Origin: an uncultured virus (IMG/VR IMGVR_UViG_3300033069_000955)
Lineage: Duplodnaviria > Heunggongvirae > Uroviricota > Caudoviricetes
IMG/VR virus record: IMGVR_UViG_3300033069_000955
Length of the DNA stretch: 64,000 nt
Strand: one strand, 5' to 3'
Shown: positions 48,314 through 57,000 of the stretch, in pieces
Position numbering within the stretch: position 1 is the first letter of the stretch
How the letters are laid out: each line of letters opens with the position of its first letter
The notes under the pieces: generated by a model
What the model was told of the DNA's origin: nothing
Seen by the model: only the letters and a program-made list of their open reading frames with translations
The model's database searches: none
Position numbers and translations under genes: made by a program

Positions 48314-49313
48314 AAACTATTTTAATGATCCTGAGGCTACTAATATACCTTTCTGCGAGAGTCCTTTTTTTTATAGTTTGCTTCCTGGCAAACTAGAAGA
48401 ATTTAGGAAGACTCAAGTTAAAGGAGAAGTTGGTCAAAGGAAGACCGAGTGGTTTGAAGAGTTAGCACGTCACTTTTATAAACACGGTTTTGTTAAGATT
48501 AATCTTGACTTAGAGGATAAATTTGTAGAAGATCTTATTACTGAGCTTGATACAAAGCTCATGGAAGGTGCAGTTAAAACTCAAGAAGGACATTTCCATT
48601 ATAATGATGGTCCTCGAATCTTTGAAGCTTGGAAATGGAATAAGAATGTTCTTGAGTTAGCTAGAAATGAGATCGCAATGGAGGTGATTGAGTTTCTATA
48701 CGGTCGAAGAGCAATTCCCTTCCAGACTATCAACTTCAAACTTGGTTCTGCACAACCTACCCACTCAGACCATTGTCACTTTGCTTCTATGCCCCATAGG
48801 TGGGTATGTGGTTTCTGGACAGCCTTAGAGGATATTGGCCCCAATCAAGGACCTTTAATGTATTATCCTGGCTCTCATAAAGAACCAATCTATGAATTCC
48901 AAGACCTTAAAATGTCTCACACCGAATATAAAGGTGAAAAGGATAATTATACTGAATATGAAAACTTTGTAAGACAGCTTATTAAAGCTAAAAGATATGA
49001 AGATAAGTACTTTTTTGCTAAGAAGGGCGAAGCATTAATTTGGGCAGCTAATCTGCTGCATGGTGGTTCAGCGATTACAGAAGAGGGTTCCACTCGTTGG
49101 AGCCAGGCCACCCACGTAACGTTCCTTGAGGATGATATAAAACACTACACTCCGTTCTATTCTGATTACAAAGAAGGTCATTATGTGTTGAAAGACATCT
49201 CTTCCAAGAATATTCGAGACTATCAGTTACCAGAAACATATCCTTTGATCAAAGCCGTTAATAGTGAGAAGCTTACAAGAAGCAATACTTTCTATCCTAA
49301 AGAGGAAAATTAA
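48300..49313 (+). CDS. PhyH-family Fe(II)/2-oxoglutarate dioxygenase
   Basis: Q.THSD (HxD), WTALED....GPL.Y.PGSH, GEALIWAANLLHGG and R.SQ motifs. Confidence 0.9.
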   Translation: MNNLKNYFNDPEATNIPFCESPFFYSLLPGKLEEFRKTQVKGEVGQRKTEWFEELARHFYKHGFVKINLDLEDKFVEDLITELDTKLMEGAVKTQEGHFHYNDGPRIFEAWKWNKNVLELARNEIAMEVIEFLYGRRAIPFQTINFKLGSAQPTHSDHCHFASMPHRWVCGFWTALEDIGPNQGPLMYYPGSHKEPIYEFQDLKMSHTEYKGEKDNYTEYENFVRQLIKAKRYEDKYFFAKKGEALIWAANLLHGGSAITEEGSTRWSQATHVTFLEDDIKHYTPFYSDYKEGHYVLKDISSKNIRDYQLPETYPLIKAVNSEKLTRSNTFYPKEEN

Positions 49314-49669
49314 TGACTAATATTGATACTCTAAAGTTTCAGACTTGTCCTAGAAGAATAAACGAACTTGGTCCTTGGGAAAGAACTGAGAATCTTGATA
49401 TGTGGGACAAGGAAAACAAATGTACTTTTTGTGGTTCTCTACATCCAGATGAATTTCTAAAGAGAGCAAAAGAAGGTGATAAAGTTACACCTACTGATAA
49501 AAATTACAAGTGCTATCTTAATGATAGGAAAGTCTACTTCCAACATTTCAATGATGAACAACAGTCAACTCTTATTGAAATGATGAATAACAACGAAATC
49601 AACTTTGCTATTCCTGGAAGATTCTATGTTCCCCCTTTCTTTTGTCAGGTGGTAAAAAGTGGAGATTAA
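49313..49669 (+). CDS. Hypothetical protein with CxxC
   Basis: TAATG-coupled; CTFCGSLHP. Confidence 0.6.
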   Translation: MTNIDTLKFQTCPRRINELGPWERTENLDMWDKENKCTFCGSLHPDEFLKRAKEGDKVTPTDKNYKCYLNDRKVYFQHFNDEQQSTLIEMMNNNEINFAIPGRFYVPPFFCQVVKSGD

Positions 49670-49808
49670 GTATTACAAAGATTGGGGTGGTGAGATGCGA
49701 GAGGTTGATGGCTTCTGGCCTGAACAAGCCTACGCCGCACAGAACCCAGAACCACCAACATGGGCTACAGAGTTTGACCCAGCCGTAGGAGAATTTTATA
49801 ATGATTAG
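49659..49808 (+). CDS. Small hypothetical protein (49 aa), absent from the ORF track
   Basis: Hand-translated from GTG 49659: (M)EIKYYKDWGGEMREVDGFWPEQAYAAQNPEPPTWATEFDPAVGEFYND*. It overlaps both neighbours and fills the gap. Confidence 0.55.
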   Translation: MEIKYYKDWGGEMREVDGFWPEQAYAAQNPEPPTWATEFDPAVGEFYND

Positions 49809-50118
49809 TGAAAAACTGTTAGAATTAATGAATGAGGCATTTGAAGCTGATCCTCATGCTGTACACAGTTTAGTTTGCAATAGGGTTCCTTGTAATAAGA
49901 CTCTTCAAGATCACCCATATATTCAAGTAGATATGCTTGGCTATGAGACAGATAGACCTTTTGCTACTGTAGGGTTTCTTGGCTTGTTAAATGGTCTTTG
50001 TGCTCAAGATGGTAATTTTCTATGTTTGGAGTGGTCGGAAGGAGATACTCCACAAACTAGTAGACCTATTGGTTTTAAGTTGATTAACGAAGCAGAAGTT
50101 TATGGACAAGCTGAATAA
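49801..50118 (+). CDS. Hypothetical protein
   Basis: Coupled ORF; RVPCN...HP..Q...VG.LGLLNG. Confidence 0.6.
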   Translation: MISEKLLELMNEAFEADPHAVHSLVCNRVPCNKTLQDHPYIQVDMLGYETDRPFATVGFLGLLNGLCAQDGNFLCLEWSEGDTPQTSRPIGFKLINEAEVYGQAE

Positions 50119-50785
50119 TATTTCCGATTCTTTTCAGCTTAAGAAACCGATTTGTGTTCTGGTTGGTGGTCAAGGAGGTCTTGGAAAAGCTATTACTCCT
50201 TTGTTATCTAAGGATTATACGGTTATTGACTTCTCTTCTAAAGAATGTGATATTACTGATATCCAAATGGTTAGGGCTACTTTAAGAGTTTTTAAGCCTG
50301 ATATTGTAGTTAACTTAGCAACTGTTAGTTATGATGGTTTACTTGTAGACTCTACTCCAACAAATATTGAAAAATCAATAGCTGTTAACGTAACTGGTGC
50401 TTATAATTTAATCAAAGAAGTTAGTATTTATTGGGGTGAAAGAGAATGTAAAGGTAGGTTTATTCAAATTAGCTCAGTGCTTTCCCAGAAACCAGTAAAA
50501 GGCGCAGGACTATATTCAGCGTCTAAAGCCTTTACTGACAACTTAATTAGAGTTGCTGCATTAGAAAATGCTAAACATGGTTCTACTTGGAATTCAATTT
50601 TACTAGGTTATTTTGAAGGTGGTCTTTGTGATAAGTTACCTGAAAATATTAAAGAAGCTACTTTGAAAAATATTCCTTTGAGGCGATTTGGAAAAGCAGA
50701 AGAATTAGTTAACACTATTAAATTTCTAGTTGATACTGAGTATTGTAACGGAACTGTTTTAAAGCTTGATGGTGGTTTGCTGTAA
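50102..50785 (+). CDS. Short-chain dehydrogenase/reductase (FabG-like)
   Basis: GGQGGLGKAI, ISSV, YSASK, IPLRRFG and LDGG motifs. Confidence 0.9.
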   Translation: MDKLNNISDSFQLKKPICVLVGGQGGLGKAITPLLSKDYTVIDFSSKECDITDIQMVRATLRVFKPDIVVNLATVSYDGLLVDSTPTNIEKSIAVNVTGAYNLIKEVSIYWGERECKGRFIQISSVLSQKPVKGAGLYSASKAFTDNLIRVAALENAKHGSTWNSILLGYFEGGLCDKLPENIKEATLKNIPLRRFGKAEELVNTIKFLVDTEYCNGTVLKLDGGLL

Positions 50786-51498
50786 TGAAGGATTTCAAAT
50801 TTCTCATATTGTTTGCTTTTTTTGAAAGACCGAACATGTGTAGAAACATGTTACAAAGCATTAAAGATCAAACTTATACTAATTGGCATCTTCACGTTAT
50901 TGATGATGGAAGTAGAGAGGGTCTTCAGGTTAGACCTATTGTTGAGGAAATGTTATCTGAGCATCTTGACAAAATAACTTTTGACTATATTCCACACACT
51001 CCTCAACAAAAAGAAGCACAAGGTGGCAGTCATCATGGTCTGTACATGACAGAAGCATTAAAGAAAAGTGATGCTGATTATTTTATTTTTGCATGTGACG
51101 ATGATATGCTCCTCCCAGACTACTTGGAGAAACTAAATGATTGGTACAAAGATAATCCTGACGTAGTTTATTCATATTGCCATGTCTCTACATTTGATCC
51201 TTTTGTAGAAACCCCACCCGATGTACCAATAAGGGGTTTTGCACATAATCACGTTCACGACCTATATGGTAGCTGTACAATTGACGCATCTCAGGGCTCA
51301 TTTAGTATAAAACAACCCATAGAAGCTGGCCTACATCTTCCAGTTCAAACTAGAAATCTGGATGCTACCTGGTATGACCAAATGGGTAGAGTATTTGGGT
51401 TATGTAAGTGTAACCATATTATGGGACAATACAAAGCCATTTTTTCAGATCAGATGGGAAGCCGATCAAACACTTATAACGTAAGAGATAAAGACTAA
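50785..51498 (+). CDS. GT2-family glycosyltransferase
   Basis: SIKDQTY.NW.L.VIDDGS and ACDDD..PDYLE motifs. Confidence 0.88.
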   Translation: MKDFKFLILFAFFERPNMCRNMLQSIKDQTYTNWHLHVIDDGSREGLQVRPIVEEMLSEHLDKITFDYIPHTPQQKEAQGGSHHGLYMTEALKKSDADYFIFACDDDMLLPDYLEKLNDWYKDNPDVVYSYCHVSTFDPFVETPPDVPIRGFAHNHVHDLYGSCTIDASQGSFSIKQPIEAGLHLPVQTRNLDATWYDQMGRVFGLCKCNHIMGQYKAIFSDQMGSRSNTYNVRDKD

Positions 51499-51566
51499 AG
51501 TCCTAGTCAAAATCTAAAATTAGCTTACATATAAACACTAGTTTTAGATTATAAAGTTCAAGGACT
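51499..51566 (+). promoter_or_regulatory. Intergenic stem-loop that can sequester the RBS of the 51570 gene
   Basis: AGTCCT 51499-504 pairs with AGGACT 51561-566; AATCTAAAATTAG 51511-523 pairs with CTAGTTTTAGATT 51538-550 (one G-U). Confidence 0.55.
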
Positions 51567-51569
51567 ATT

Positions 51570-51908
51570 ATGGAATTCGACTTAAAGATAAAAATTACAA
51601 AAGACTTCTTTACAGATAAACATTATGTGGAAACTGTAATAAGTTACTTTGATTATAAAGAGCTATTAACTGATACAGTTATTAGAAAGAGAGTAGTGGG
51701 AAGACAGGAATTGGATCTTAATAAAGAACTTCAAAAATTAAATGAAGATGATTTTAATAAGATTATGGAACTAGTAAAATCCTCAGCTGAAATTTGTTTT
51801 AGAAATACTCTTGTCAGCTCTCAAGACTTTTGGAAAGAGTCTGGTATGGATTTAGTTTTTCCAAAAGTAGAAGATTTTAAGGTAGAAATTGATGATACGA
51901 TTGTTTAA
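51570..51908 (+). CDS. Hypothetical protein
   Basis: AAGGA upstream; overlaps the next gene. Confidence 0.6.
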   Translation: MEFDLKIKITKDFFTDKHYVETVISYFDYKELLTDTVIRKRVVGRQELDLNKELQKLNEDDFNKIMELVKSSAEICFRNTLVSSQDFWKESGMDLVFPKVEDFKVEIDDTIV

Positions 51909-54060
51909 AGTCAAGATGGCCAGATCCGCCAAGAAGTTAGTAAATGAAGTACTTTCTAGTGGTTTTATTGGTCAAGGTCCTAAAGTAGATTTGTTTGAAC
52001 AGAAGCTCAAAGAAGCTTTAGGAACAAAGGGTACACCTGTGACTGTGAATTCCTGTACAAGTGCCATTGATCTGGCCCTAGAACTATGCGGTGTAGATTC
52101 TGATTCAGAGGTAATCACAGTTCCAGTCACCTGTGTTAGTAGTAACACTCCAGTTCTATTGGCAGATGGTACCACAAGAAGTATGGGAGATCTAGTAGAT
52201 AACAAAGAAGCAGTTGAAGTTGTTTCTTTAAATACTTCTACGGGACAATTAGAACCTAAGAAAATTACTAATTGGATTAAACACCCTTCCACAGAACAGT
52301 GGTATAAATTAGCTATCAAGAAACTGCTTTCAAAGGATGATTCTAATATTTTTCATCAAGGTGTTTGGTTAACTGCTGATCATCAAGTTTTAACGAAGGA
52401 CAGATCCTGGCAAAGAGTAGATTCTCTCATTGAATCTGATAAAATAGCTACTCAGTATGAGGAATATACCTCCCTTCAAAAGTCCTTCGCAGATGGATTA
52501 ATTCTTAGTGATGGTTGTATTCAAACTAACAAAGGTTACGGATCTAGATTATCTACAGCTTTTGTACATGATAAAGCTGAGTTAGCAAGTTTGGCTAAGA
52601 ATTTATTAGGAGGCTTGCTTTATCCTAGGCCCCAAAGAAACCAAAGTCAAGAAGCCTTAGCTTATCAAAGCTCTGTCCATCCTTTCTGGATGAAGCAGAA
52701 ACATCGTTGGTATCCAACAAAATCAAAAATCGTTCCAGATGATTTGGTTTTAACTCCAGAAACTTTGGCAGTTTGGTACATGGGTGATGGTTCACTTGGA
52801 AGGGACGAAAACGGAAATCCCTCTAAAATTGTTTTCTGTACAGATTCTTTTGATATTCAATCTTTTTGGAAGTTGTTTTATAAGATGGTTGATTTAGGTT
52901 TTAAACCAACATCAATTAAATCTCCTAATAACAAAGGAAACAGAATATGTTTAGGGTTAGTAAACAGCGATATAGATAAATTCTTATCTATGATATCCAG
53001 CTTTATCCTTCCTTGTTTTAGGTATAAGGTTCCGGAAGGGTATACTGAATATAATCCTGAAAATTGGATTATTAAAACTCCCAGAGAAGTACACTATGCT
53101 GAATATTTACTTAAACAAGAAAAGCCACCTAGTTATGTAAAACCTAAATACGTCTACTGCATTCAAGTAGAAGATAATCAAAATTTCATTGCTTGGAATA
53201 TGGTTCTTCATAATTGTTATGCGTCTAATTGTCACATACTGCACAGAGGTGCTAAGATTAGGTGGGCTGACGTACAGGAAGGCACTTGGTTAATTGATCC
53301 TAAATCAGTTGAAAGACTTATTACTCCTAAAACCAAAGCGATCATAGCTGTAAACTGGGCTGGTAAACCTTGTGATTATAAAGCTTTAAAGAAGTTTGGT
53401 ATTCCTGTAATCGAAGATGCAGCTCACTGTTGGGATTACTTTAGCCAACATCAAAAACTGGAGAGAGGGGATTATATATGTTACTCCTTCCAGGCTATTA
53501 AGTTTCTTACCACTAGTGATGGCGGGTGTCTTATCACAAACGATCCTGAAAAAGAGAAGCTGGCTAGATTACTTAGGTGGTATGGGTTAGATAGAACTCT
53601 TGGACAGTCATTTAGATGTGCCCAAGATCTAAAACACAATGGTTACAAGTACCATATGAACGATGTTTGTGCCGCCATCGGTTTAGCTAATCTATCAGAA
53701 GCCAAGTTATCAGTGAAGAAGCATAGAAAGCATGCTAATTATCTGATTAACAACATTACAAATCCGTTTCTATCTCTCCCAGTATTTGATGATAAATGTT
53801 CTTATTGGTTAATGAGCATTTCGGTATTAACGCAAAATGTAGATGAATTCATTGCTTATATGGCAAAGAATGGTATTGAAGCAAATCCTGTCCACTATAG
53901 GAATGATAGATATACTATAACCAAACCCTTTATTGAAAAGGATCTTCCAGGAGTTGAACAATTTGCCAAACAGCAAGTATCCATTCCTGTAGGATGGTGG
54001 TTAAATAAAGAAGATTTAAACAAGATTGTTGAAGTTTGTAATAACTGGAATCCTGTATAG
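51892..54060 (+). CDS. DegT/DnrJ/EryC1/StrS PLP-dependent sugar aminotransferase (intein-containing)
   Basis: GQGPKV..FE, NSCTSA, TKAIIAV, IEDAAH, SFQAIKFLTT.DGG (PLP Lys), GYKYHMND and SIP motifs. ATG 51892, in-frame TTG 51889. Confidence 0.93.
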   Translation: MIRLFKVKMARSAKKLVNEVLSSGFIGQGPKVDLFEQKLKEALGTKGTPVTVNSCTSAIDLALELCGVDSDSEVITVPVTCVSSNTPVLLADGTTRSMGDLVDNKEAVEVVSLNTSTGQLEPKKITNWIKHPSTEQWYKLAIKKLLSKDDSNIFHQGVWLTADHQVLTKDRSWQRVDSLIESDKIATQYEEYTSLQKSFADGLILSDGCIQTNKGYGSRLSTAFVHDKAELASLAKNLLGGLLYPRPQRNQSQEALAYQSSVHPFWMKQKHRWYPTKSKIVPDDLVLTPETLAVWYMGDGSLGRDENGNPSKIVFCTDSFDIQSFWKLFYKMVDLGFKPTSIKSPNNKGNRICLGLVNSDIDKFLSMISSFILPCFRYKVPEGYTEYNPENWIIKTPREVHYAEYLLKQEKPPSYVKPKYVYCIQVEDNQNFIAWNMVLHNCYASNCHILHRGAKIRWADVQEGTWLIDPKSVERLITPKTKAIIAVNWAGKPCDYKALKKFGIPVIEDAAHCWDYFSQHQKLERGDYICYSFQAIKFLTTSDGGCLITNDPEKEKLARLLRWYGLDRTLGQSFRCAQDLKHNGYKYHMNDVCAAIGLANLSEAKLSVKKHRKHANYLINNITNPFLSLPVFDDKCSYWLMSISVLTQNVDEFIAYMAKNGIEANPVHYRNDRYTITKPFIEKDLPGVEQFAKQQVSIPVGWWLNKEDLNKIVEVCNNWNPV
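52132..53214 (+). mobile_element. Intein (361 aa) with LAGLIDADG endonuclease
   Basis: Block A CVSSNTPVLLADG, block B LTADHQV, LAGLIDADG-like GLILSDG and WYMGDG, block F/G VYCIQVEDNQNF..LHN followed by Cys+1. Confidence 0.93.
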
Positions 54061-54075
54061 TTACACTATACATTG

Positions 54076-54699
54076 ATGTACACAAAAACAAACTATAAAC
54101 AGTACCCTTCTGTATCAGCCGTGCTTGCTGTTATTGCAAAACCTTATATTGAAAAATATGTTAATAGGGTTGGTAAAGAAGTTGCTGATAAAGAAAGACA
54201 ACAATCTTCTGATTTCGGTAAATCAGTTCATACCAGTGTCTCTGAATCTATTGGTGGGATAGCTACAGCTGCTCCTGTGGAGATTCAGCCCATCATTACT
54301 AGTTTTGATGAATGGGTGTCTAAAAACGTTAAAAGATGGATTTGTAGAGATGTAGAAATCATATCCACTAAACACAAATACCACGGAGCCCTAGATGCCA
54401 TAGCTGAACTTAAAGATGGTACTTATGCTATCTTAGAATTTAAAACATCTAAAAAAATCCAAGACGACCATTATCTACAAATTTGTGCATATGCTGGTTG
54501 TGATAAAGTAGTCTCAGAACAAGATTCACTTCCCCCCAATTTCCAGTTAAGTAATTGTAAATTGTTTATTGTAAAGCTTAATAAAATTACAGGACAATGG
54601 GAGGAGGAAGAAGTATCTAAAAATGATCAGGAAGTCATTTTTGATATTTTTCTCTCAGCATTGAAGATTTGGAAATGGAAGAATCGTCTCAATACTTAA
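54076..54699 (+). CDS. PD-(D/E)XK (Cas4/RecB-like) nuclease
   Basis: YPSVS.VL, G..VH, YHGALD, ILEFKTS and LQ..AY motifs. ATG 54076, in-frame TTG 54073. Confidence 0.85.
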   Translation: MYTKTNYKQYPSVSAVLAVIAKPYIEKYVNRVGKEVADKERQQSSDFGKSVHTSVSESIGGIATAAPVEIQPIITSFDEWVSKNVKRWICRDVEIISTKHKYHGALDAIAELKDGTYAILEFKTSKKIQDDHYLQICAYAGCDKVVSEQDSLPPNFQLSNCKLFIVKLNKITGQWEEEEVSKNDQEVIFDIFLSALKIWKWKNRLNT

Positions 54700-54890
54700 A
54701 ATTCCCATTGGGTTTAATTAATCTTGGTCAAACCAAGAAAATTACTCAAAGAAATAAGCTTGCTGAAAAAGAGTGGAAAATGAGAACTTCTGCTTACATT
54801 GAATATAGGTATTATCTTAACTTCCATAAAGGAACTAAGAAAGCACATAAATTAATTCAATTGAATGATGATATTGTGATTTGCGTCTAA
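54675..54890 (+). CDS. Small basic hypothetical protein
   Basis: Fills the gap; its stop overlaps the next ATG (TAATG). Confidence 0.45.
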   Translation: MEESSQYLKFPLGLINLGQTKKITQRNKLAEKEWKMRTSAYIEYRYYLNFHKGTKKAHKLIQLNDDIVICV

Positions 54891-55330
54891 TGAATAAATA
54901 TTTTACTAAACACATTAAACCTTACTCTTGGGTAGGTCATTTTGAAGTAGATGGGGGATGGGGTCCAAAAAGAAAGCTTCAATCTATTTTGAATTTTGAT
55001 GATCCTCTTATCAGTGGAATTAAAAGTCCAGTATTTGTGACTCCTGTTTTTGATCCTGTAACTAATAACTCAGATATTTTAAATGATAAATATTCAGTAG
55101 TTTTTATGGGTGAACATTATAAAGAGTTTATTAATCTTGTTGGAATCATTCAAACTCAAATGGAAAAAGAAGCTTTGTTTGTCTTACAAAGCATTGATTC
55201 TAAAAGTAAGTTAGGTACTCTAAGATTGACAGTTACAGTCACTAAAAATAATCCACCAATTTACAGTATATTTGAAGGAGAATTGAAACCTGATTTTTCT
55301 CAGACGAAAAAAATATCTTCTTGGCAATAA
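54890..55330 (+). CDS. Hypothetical protein
   Basis: ATG 54890 in a TAATG overlap. Confidence 0.55.
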   Translation: MNKYFTKHIKPYSWVGHFEVDGGWGPKRKLQSILNFDDPLISGIKSPVFVTPVFDPVTNNSDILNDKYSVVFMGEHYKEFINLVGIIQTQMEKEALFVLQSIDSKSKLGTLRLTVTVTKNNPPIYSIFEGELKPDFSQTKKISSWQ

Positions 55331-55345
55331 CACTATAAAACGAAT

Positions 55346-55558
55346 ATGGAACATATTGAATTTGAAGGAAAGGATGGAAAAATCCACAACATTACTGAAC
55401 TTGAAGATCAAATTGAAAGAGCCAAGGAATTGAAAATTCTTAATACTGGCACTAAGAATTTGAAGAAAGGAAAAGGATACGATTTTAAGATTGATGATAA
55501 CCCTCTGAACCAACAGACTGGAACCATCAATATTATTGTGAATGAGGAAACTAACTAA
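55346..55558 (+). CDS. Small hypothetical protein
   Basis: Preceded by ACACTA; overlaps the next gene. Confidence 0.55.
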   Translation: MEHIEFEGKDGKIHNITELEDQIERAKELKILNTGTKNLKKGKGYDFKIDDNPLNQQTGTINIIVNEETN

Positions 55559-56111
55559 AACTATGACAATCCAAGAAAGAGTGGAAAATTACGAACTTAC
55601 TAAGATGACCCAGGAAGAGAGAGTTGCGGTTCTTACCAAAGAATTTCAAAACATTATTCTTAACACCATTCTGGGCAAAGATCCTGTGTGTTTAATTAGA
55701 GCACATTCAGCTATCTTCGACGATGTTTACAGTGTAGTGCAAAACCTTTCTCTTCCTGAGGACTTTGTGGATCCAGGTGGAAGTGATTGGGAAACTTCCA
55801 ACACAGAATTTAATAAGTTCTGTATGTCAATTCCAGTAAAAGAAATTTCCACCGAAGAGCTTGAAGGTGTAGATGCTGAATATACTGGTAAGCTTCCTGA
55901 CAGCCAGTTATTCCTCCAGATTATCAGAGCATCCGATCAGATTAACATTCAGGTAGAAGGATTCCTTGAGAAGACTGGGGCAAAAGGTAAGATCATGAGA
56001 TCAGGGTTGCCTTTTGAGCCGACCATTGCTGAGAAGAGAATGGTTTGTTTGATGGTTGCTCTGCTTTCTCCTGAACAATCCACCGAATCAACAGATCAGG
56101 TGCTTATTTAA
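55542..56111 (+). CDS. Hypothetical protein
   Basis: Coupled ORF. Confidence 0.6.
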   Translation: MRKLTKTMTIQERVENYELTKMTQEERVAVLTKEFQNIILNTILGKDPVCLIRAHSAIFDDVYSVVQNLSLPEDFVDPGGSDWETSNTEFNKFCMSIPVKEISTEELEGVDAEYTGKLPDSQLFLQIIRASDQINIQVEGFLEKTGAKGKIMRSGLPFEPTIAEKRMVCLMVALLSPEQSTESTDQVLI

Positions 56112-56984
56112 ATGAGTTATAAAGCAGTAGGTAAGGTATGGACCCCTGAAACTCTAAGAGAAGAGTTAAAGAAGGTTCCAGTTCCCAAGTGGTTTAAGGC
56201 GATTACTATTCATCACACTGCTGCTCCCTCTTTGACCCAAAGGCCAAAGGGGTTTACTTTGCAACATATTATTAATATTAGAGACTTCTATATTAATAAG
56301 AAACATTGGGATCGGGGACCACACTTCTTCGTTGACGAAGATCAGATTTTTGGTATGACGCCTGTTACTGAGAAAGGAATTCATGCTGCTAGTTTTAACT
56401 CCTTTGCTCTTGGTATTGAAACACTAGGAGATTATGACTCAGAAGACCCTAAATCTGGAAGGGGGCTTGCTTGTTGGACTGAGTGTGCTAAGCTTGTAAA
56501 TGTGCTTTGTGAGTGGGCGGGAATTGTTCCCACTGAAAAGACTATTCTTTTTCATAGGGAAGATCCTAAAACAAGTAAAACCTGTCCAGGCACTAAAGTC
56601 AATAAAACGTGGGTTTTGGATTTAATCAAACAAACCAGTTCCTCCAGTACACCCACACCAATCACACTGACAAATCTAGCAATACCGATTACAATCACTA
56701 AAGCTGGATCTAAAGAAACTATTCAGGGGACTCTTATTGCAGATAAGGTATTTATACCAGTAAGATCCTTTATGTATTTCTGTGGAGTTAGTAAAGAATT
56801 ATTTGAGAATAAATTTGCCGCTAAAAAGGATAAATACTATTATGATAACAAGTTAATGGAGCAAGCATTTTTTAATGCTGACAAGAATACTGTTTTTGCT
56901 TGGATTAGAGAGGTTTTACCCTTTACTAATTTAACAGTTCAGTCTTTAAATTTAGCTAACAGAACTCTTCATTTGGATAACTAA
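56112..56984 (+). CDS. N-acetylmuramoyl-L-alanine amidase (amidase_2), probable endolysin
   Basis: ITIHHT, GPHFFV, GIHA, LGIE..GDY, FHRE and KTCPG motifs; Ser/Thr/Pro linker, then a C-terminal domain with VFIPVR / VFAWIR repeats. Confidence 0.88.
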   Translation: MSYKAVGKVWTPETLREELKKVPVPKWFKAITIHHTAAPSLTQRPKGFTLQHIINIRDFYINKKHWDRGPHFFVDEDQIFGMTPVTEKGIHAASFNSFALGIETLGDYDSEDPKSGRGLACWTECAKLVNVLCEWAGIVPTEKTILFHREDPKTSKTCPGTKVNKTWVLDLIKQTSSSSTPTPITLTNLAIPITITKAGSKETIQGTLIADKVFIPVRSFMYFCGVSKELFENKFAAKKDKYYYDNKLMEQAFFNADKNTVFAWIREVLPFTNLTVQSLNLANRTLHLDN

Positions 56985-57000
56985 AACCTCCCTATTATCT

